Position numbers and translations under genes: made by a program. Shown here piece by piece: positions 60,511 to 64,000 of a stretch of DNA of 64,000 bases. The notes beneath the pieces are model-generated. The model was not told the origin of the DNA. It made no database searches and worked only from the letters and a program-made list of their open reading frames with translations. The DNA comes from an uncultured Candidatus Micrarchaeota archaeon (GTDB taxonomy: Archaea > Micrarchaeota > Micrarchaeia > Burarchaeales > Fermentimicrarchaeaceae). Numbering within the stretch: position 1 is the stretch's first letter; each line of letters opens with the position of its first letter. The DNA lies in assembly GCA_903884505.1 (NCBI GenBank), contig CAISET010000015.1, positions 10,819 to 74,818 of the forward strand. Reading direction: 5' to 3'.

Positions 60511-62142
60511 GTGATAGCTCCGGGAAAAAGGCACGGGCAATCCGCGATTGAATTGCCTTCGGCAATAGCTCGCAGATCGCACGGGCAATCTGCGATTGAA
60601 TTCCTCGCCACGTACGGCTGGGCCCTCCTCATCATCCTCGTATTCATCGCCGCCCTATACCTATTCGGCGTATTCGACACGAGCCGCTACATCCCGAGGC
60701 ACTGCTCACTGGAGCCCGGGCTCGAGTGCTCCTCCTTCAAGATGATGAAGAACGACACGTACATCACCGTGGTCTTCTCGGGCTACAACGGCCTCGGCTA
60801 CGACATAGGGTTCGATGCCGGCACCGCAACCCTGATGGCCGAGAACATAGGGGGCATAGGCAAGAACAACTACGTGGGCACGTGCTCTCCATCCCTGGTC
60901 AGGAAAGGGACGCCCTATACCTGCGTAATCATCACCAAGGACATGAACCGAACCCCTGCGCTCGGAGAGGCACGAAGGATGGGCATCTCACTCACATACA
61001 AGAACTGCGAGACAAATCCCGCCTACCTCGCAAACCGCACGGCAGCCAACTGCGCCGCCCCGCTCGCCCAGAGCCGCACGGTCACGGGCGAAATGGCCAC
61101 CCAGATGGAAAGCTATTCCGACACCCTATGCGGGAACGGAATCTGCGACGACAACCTGGGGGAAACCGCTTCAAACTGCCCGGCCGACTGCCTGCCCCGG
61201 CCATTCAGCATGCACCTCGCCTCCAACCAGTCCGCCATAACGGCAAACGGCTCCTCCTCGCTTCTGACAGCGACCCTCTTCGACCAGTTCGGCAGCCCGC
61301 TCCCCGACTTCGAGGTTGATTTCAGCCAGAACTCCACCGATGGGTCGCTCGATTCCAGCTCGGGCACCACGAACGACACCGGGCAGGCCAGCGTCACCCT
61401 CACCTCGGGAACAACCCCGCAGTGGGTGCTCGTGAACGCGACGGCGGGCTCGGCATCCGGGATTACGGTCGTGGTCTTCACAGGGGCCGCCCCGACTCCA
61501 ACTCCTACCCCAACCCCCACACCAACTGCAACTCCGACGCCAACGCCCACACCTACTCCAACCCCCACGCCGACCCCAACTCCGGCACCGACCTGTCCCG
61601 ATTCCGGGCAAACGGAGTTAACGACTTGCACCGGAACGCCGATTTCGAGTGCCGGCACATACGTCATGTGCCACAATCTCACATCTTGCACGGGCTTTAC
61701 GATAGGCGCAGACAACGTTTTGCTGGACTGCCAGGGTTACTCGTTGATCGGCTCCGGGAGCGGAACAGGCATGTACATGCTCGACCGCACCGGAGTGAAC
61801 GTGACTAACTGCAACATTCAGAGCTTCAGCTTAGGCATGTATCTCAACGGCGGCAGCGGCAGCCATGGCTGCAGGGTTACAAACAACAACTTCACAAGTG
61901 ACACCACTGCAATGCAGGTATGGCATTCATCATACAGCAACCTAATCCAGAACAACAGGATTACGGGCGCCACGAATGGGTTTTATGTCGCCTTGAGTGC
62001 CTCTAGCAACACATTCACAAACAACATCGGAACGAGCAACACTTACGACTTTATCTGCGCTAGCGAAGGATCTGGCAACACCGCCACCGGGAACACCTGT
62101 ACCTACCGCGATTCCTGCACCTGGGTCGATTGCGGATCGTGA
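60511..62142 (+). CDS. Pilin-like beta-helix protein B4 (GTG 60511 or TTG 60553). The leader carries a 24-bp duplication around a TTCG hairpin.
   Basis: MIAPGKRHGQSAIELPSAIARRSHG|QSAIEFLATYGWALLIILVFI. Same N-domain and Big_1-like domain as B3 (78% identical stretches), a (TP)n linker, a Cys knot and a short beta-helix array. Confidence 0.7.
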   Translation: MIAPGKRHGQSAIELPSAIARRSHGQSAIEFLATYGWALLIILVFIAALYLFGVFDTSRYIPRHCSLEPGLECSSFKMMKNDTYITVVFSGYNGLGYDIGFDAGTATLMAENIGGIGKNNYVGTCSPSLVRKGTPYTCVIITKDMNRTPALGEARRMGISLTYKNCETNPAYLANRTAANCAAPLAQSRTVTGEMATQMESYSDTLCGNGICDDNLGETASNCPADCLPRPFSMHLASNQSAITANGSSSLLTATLFDQFGSPLPDFEVDFSQNSTDGSLDSSSGTTNDTGQASVTLTSGTTPQWVLVNATAGSASGITVVVFTGAAPTPTPTPTPTPTATPTPTPTPTPTPTPTPTPAPTCPDSGQTELTTCTGTPISSAGTYVMCHNLTSCTGFTIGADNVLLDCQGYSLIGSGSGTGMYMLDRTGVNVTNCNIQSFSLGMYLNGGSGSHGCRVTNNNFTSDTTAMQVWHSSYSNLIQNNRITGATNGFYVALSASSNTFTNNIGTSNTYDFICASEGSGNTATGNTCTYRDSCTWVDCGS

Positions 62143-62263
62143 TGCTCGGTAGGTTCGCAGACCACCAAGGGGGCAACTCCGTATAACAAAGACCGGCTGC
62201 TGCTCGTGGCTCACCTGCCACTAACGCGAAGATAACTCCGCGGCATTTCCCCCGCTTCTCACC

Positions 62264-62280
62264 AAATTCTTTTATATATC
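62264..62280 (+). promoter_or_regulatory. smc promoter (TATA attcttttatatatc) with an SD-like gagga before the ATG
   Basis: AT-rich box 40 bp upstream of the ATG at 62321; gagga at 62309-62313. Confidence 0.4.
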
Positions 62281-62320
62281 TTCCCGCCAATCCACCCTCT
62301 TGCGGCCAGAGGACTAGAAT

Positions 62321-64000
62321 ATGCTATTCGTCAGCAGGGTGAAGCTGAGGAACTTCAAGAGCTTCCGCTTCGCGGACATACCGCTGGCAAGGGGGTTCAC
62401 GTGCCTAGCTGGTCCCAATGGATCGGGGAAGTCGAATGTCGTCGACAGCCTTAGGTTCGCGTTCGGCGAGCTGAGCCTGAAGGGGCTCCGGGCGAAGAGG
62501 ATTCCGGACCTGATTACAACCGGCGCCGAGAAGGCGGAGATAACCGTCTTCCTTGACGGGGAGAAGAAGTACGAGATTAAGCGCGCAATCAGAGGGGACG
62601 GCAAGACGCTCTACAAGCTCAACGGGAAGAGGACGACGCGCACGGCCGTGCTTGACGTCCTGCGGCCGCACGGCCTGGAGGAGAGCGGCCACAACGTAAT
62701 CGCCCAGGGCGAGGTGCAGCGCTTCATAGACCTTAATGCGAAGGAAAGGCGCGAGATAATCGACCGCGTGGCAGGCATCTCGGAGTTCGAGGACAAGAAG
62801 AAGGAGTCCCTGAGCGAATTGGGGAAGGTCGAGCAGAAAATCAACGACGCAACAATCGTGATGAAGGAGAGGGAAGGCTTCCTCACCGAATTGGAGAAGG
62901 AGAAGGACGACGCGCTGAAATACAAGGAGGCCGCGGACTCCCTCCGCCTCTCGAAGGCATCGCTCCTACATTCGGAATTGAACAAAACCGATTCAGAGCA
63001 CACGAAAGTCTCGGAGAAATACCTCGAGCTGAAGGGGAAGGAAGACGAGATAAAGAACGCGACCGAGGCGCTTGACGGGCAGATTACTGAGCTTGAGACG
63101 AAGAAATCCGCAATAGTCAAGGAGATAAACGAGAAGGGGGAGCGCGAGAAGAGCGGCCTCGTGAGCCAGGTGCAGGAGCTGCAGACGCAGATAAGCGTCG
63201 CAACCGCAAACCGCTCAGAGAAGGAGAAGGAGGCCGCAAGAATAAAGGAGAAGCAGAAGGCCCTTTCGGAAGAACGGAAGGAGCTTGAGGGGAAAGTCTC
63301 GAAGTTCGATTCCGATTCCACCGACCTGAAGGGGCAAGCCGCCTCATTCCTGGATTCCATCACCGCCTTCCTGAAAGAAAAAAACATCGTGCTCAAGGAC
63401 GCGGAAGAGATGGGAAGGCATTTCGGCGATTTGAAGAAGAAGGCCTCGGACCTCTCGAAGAAGATTGAGGAGAAGCGCTCGGCCCGCTCCGCCGCTGAAG
63501 TCGAGGCGGAGAAGCTGATGGCGAAGAAAGGCTTGCTGGAGGCCGAGCTCTCCAGGCTCGCTTCCTCCGCCTCCTCCCCGAACGAGGCGAGGCGCAAGGA
63601 GCTCAATTCCCAGCTGAAGGCGATTGGCGAGGAGCTTTCCTCCCTTGACCAGCAGCTCGAGAAGCTCTTCTCCCAGGAGAAGGAGTTCAACAGGAAGGTC
63701 CCGGAGCTCGAGAAGAAATTCCTCGAGGCCCGCGACAAATACACGACGGCCGCAACGAAGCTCTCGGCCCACAAGGAGTCGCCCGAGCAGCAGGCGGTCA
63801 CGGCCGTCCTGGAGCTCAAGGAGCGCGGCATGCTTCCCGGAGTCCACGGCACCGTCGGCGACCTGTGCAAGTTCAAGGACGACGTCGCAGTCGCAATCGA
63901 GGCTTCCGCAGGCCCGCGCCTGAATTATATTATTGTCGATTCCGCAGACGTCGCCTCCAAGGCGATAGAATATTTGAAGCAGAGGAGAATGGGCCGCTGC
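62321..64000 (+). CDS. smc: Chromosome segregation protein SMC (N-terminal 560 aa; continues beyond the window)
   Basis: MLFVSRVKLRNFKSFRFADIPLARGFTCLAGPNGSGKSNVVDSLRFAFGE (SMC N-terminal Walker A head), then a long coiled coil. No stop within the window, so it is absent from the ORF track. Confidence 0.9.
   Translation, partial: MLFVSRVKLRNFKSFRFADIPLARGFTCLAGPNGSGKSNVVDSLRFAFGELSLKGLRAKRIPDLITTGAEKAEITVFLDGEKKYEIKRAIRGDGKTLYKLNGKRTTRTAVLDVLRPHGLEESGHNVIAQGEVQRFIDLNAKERREIIDRVAGISEFEDKKKESLSELGKVEQKINDATIVMKEREGFLTELEKEKDDALKYKEAADSLRLSKASLLHSELNKTDSEHTKVSEKYLELKGKEDEIKNATEALDGQITELETKKSAIVKEINEKGEREKSGLVSQVQELQTQISVATANRSEKEKEAARIKEKQKALSEERKELEGKVSKFDSDSTDLKGQAASFLDSITAFLKEKNIVLKDAEEMGRHFGDLKKKASDLSKKIEEKRSARSAAEVEAEKLMAKKGLLEAELSRLASSASSPNEARRKELNSQLKAIGEELSSLDQQLEKLFSQEKEFNRKVPELEKKFLEARDKYTTAATKLSAHKESPEQQAVTAVLELKERGMLPGVHGTVGDLCKFKDDVAVAIEASAGPRLNYIIVDSADVASKAIEYLKQRRMGRC

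Noticed and set aside
62611-63876. 421-aa minus-strand ORF (and 63344..63847) inside smc
   Set aside because: Antisense to a textbook SMC N-terminal head and coiled coil. It is Ser-rich low-complexity.

Overview
This 64-kb window reads as a GC-rich (~60%) archaeal chromosome segment. Supporting this: class III (type IV pilin-like) signal peptides with Gln at +1, TATA-type promoters ~25 bp upstream of start codons (mostly leaderless genes), FlaI/TadA-type ATPases, and PGF-CTERM-like anchors. Gene order left to right: pyrimidine biosynthesis (pyrD, pyrK, and a PyrF-PyrE fusion cut by the window edge); thiamine salvage (thiE, thiM, then thiL and thiD further on); an ECF-type transporter (S component, ecfA, ecfT); ADP-forming acetyl-CoA synthetase; an 841-aa protein built of ~78-aa tandem repeats; an operon headed by a 3456-aa secreted surface protein and followed by two membrane-anchored surface proteins; a uridine kinase-family kinase; class II FBP aldolase; a MarR/HlyD/MFS efflux operon; a secreted HEXXH metalloprotease; tRNA-Cys(GCA); a CBS-domain protein; and the 5' part of smc. 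The standout region is an ~23-kb Epd/Tad-like type IV pilus locus (39.5-62.1 kb). It encodes five small pilin-like proteins, one with a C-terminal LamG lectin domain. It also encodes two separate FlaJ/TadC-like membrane genes and a FlaI/TadA-family ATPase with accessory coiled-coil proteins. Finally, it encodes four large paralogous proteins (543-1569 aa) in which a pilin-like N-terminus (QSALEFLMTYGW-type) is fused to Cys-rich modules, Big-like domains and long parallel beta-helix repeat arrays. Each of three of them has its own conserved promoter. A second unusual signal is a family of four mosaic elements (115-325 bp). Each is a concatenation of 5-9-bp-stem mini-hairpins, many with TTCG loops, and they share termini. 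They flank tRNA-Cys, sit in a convergent intergenic region, and sit inside the 5' region of the first giant pilin-like gene. Single hairpin modules plus ~48-bp duplications also occur inside the leader-peptide coding regions of two other pilin genes. All calls come from manual translation and motif recognition only; no database search was possible.
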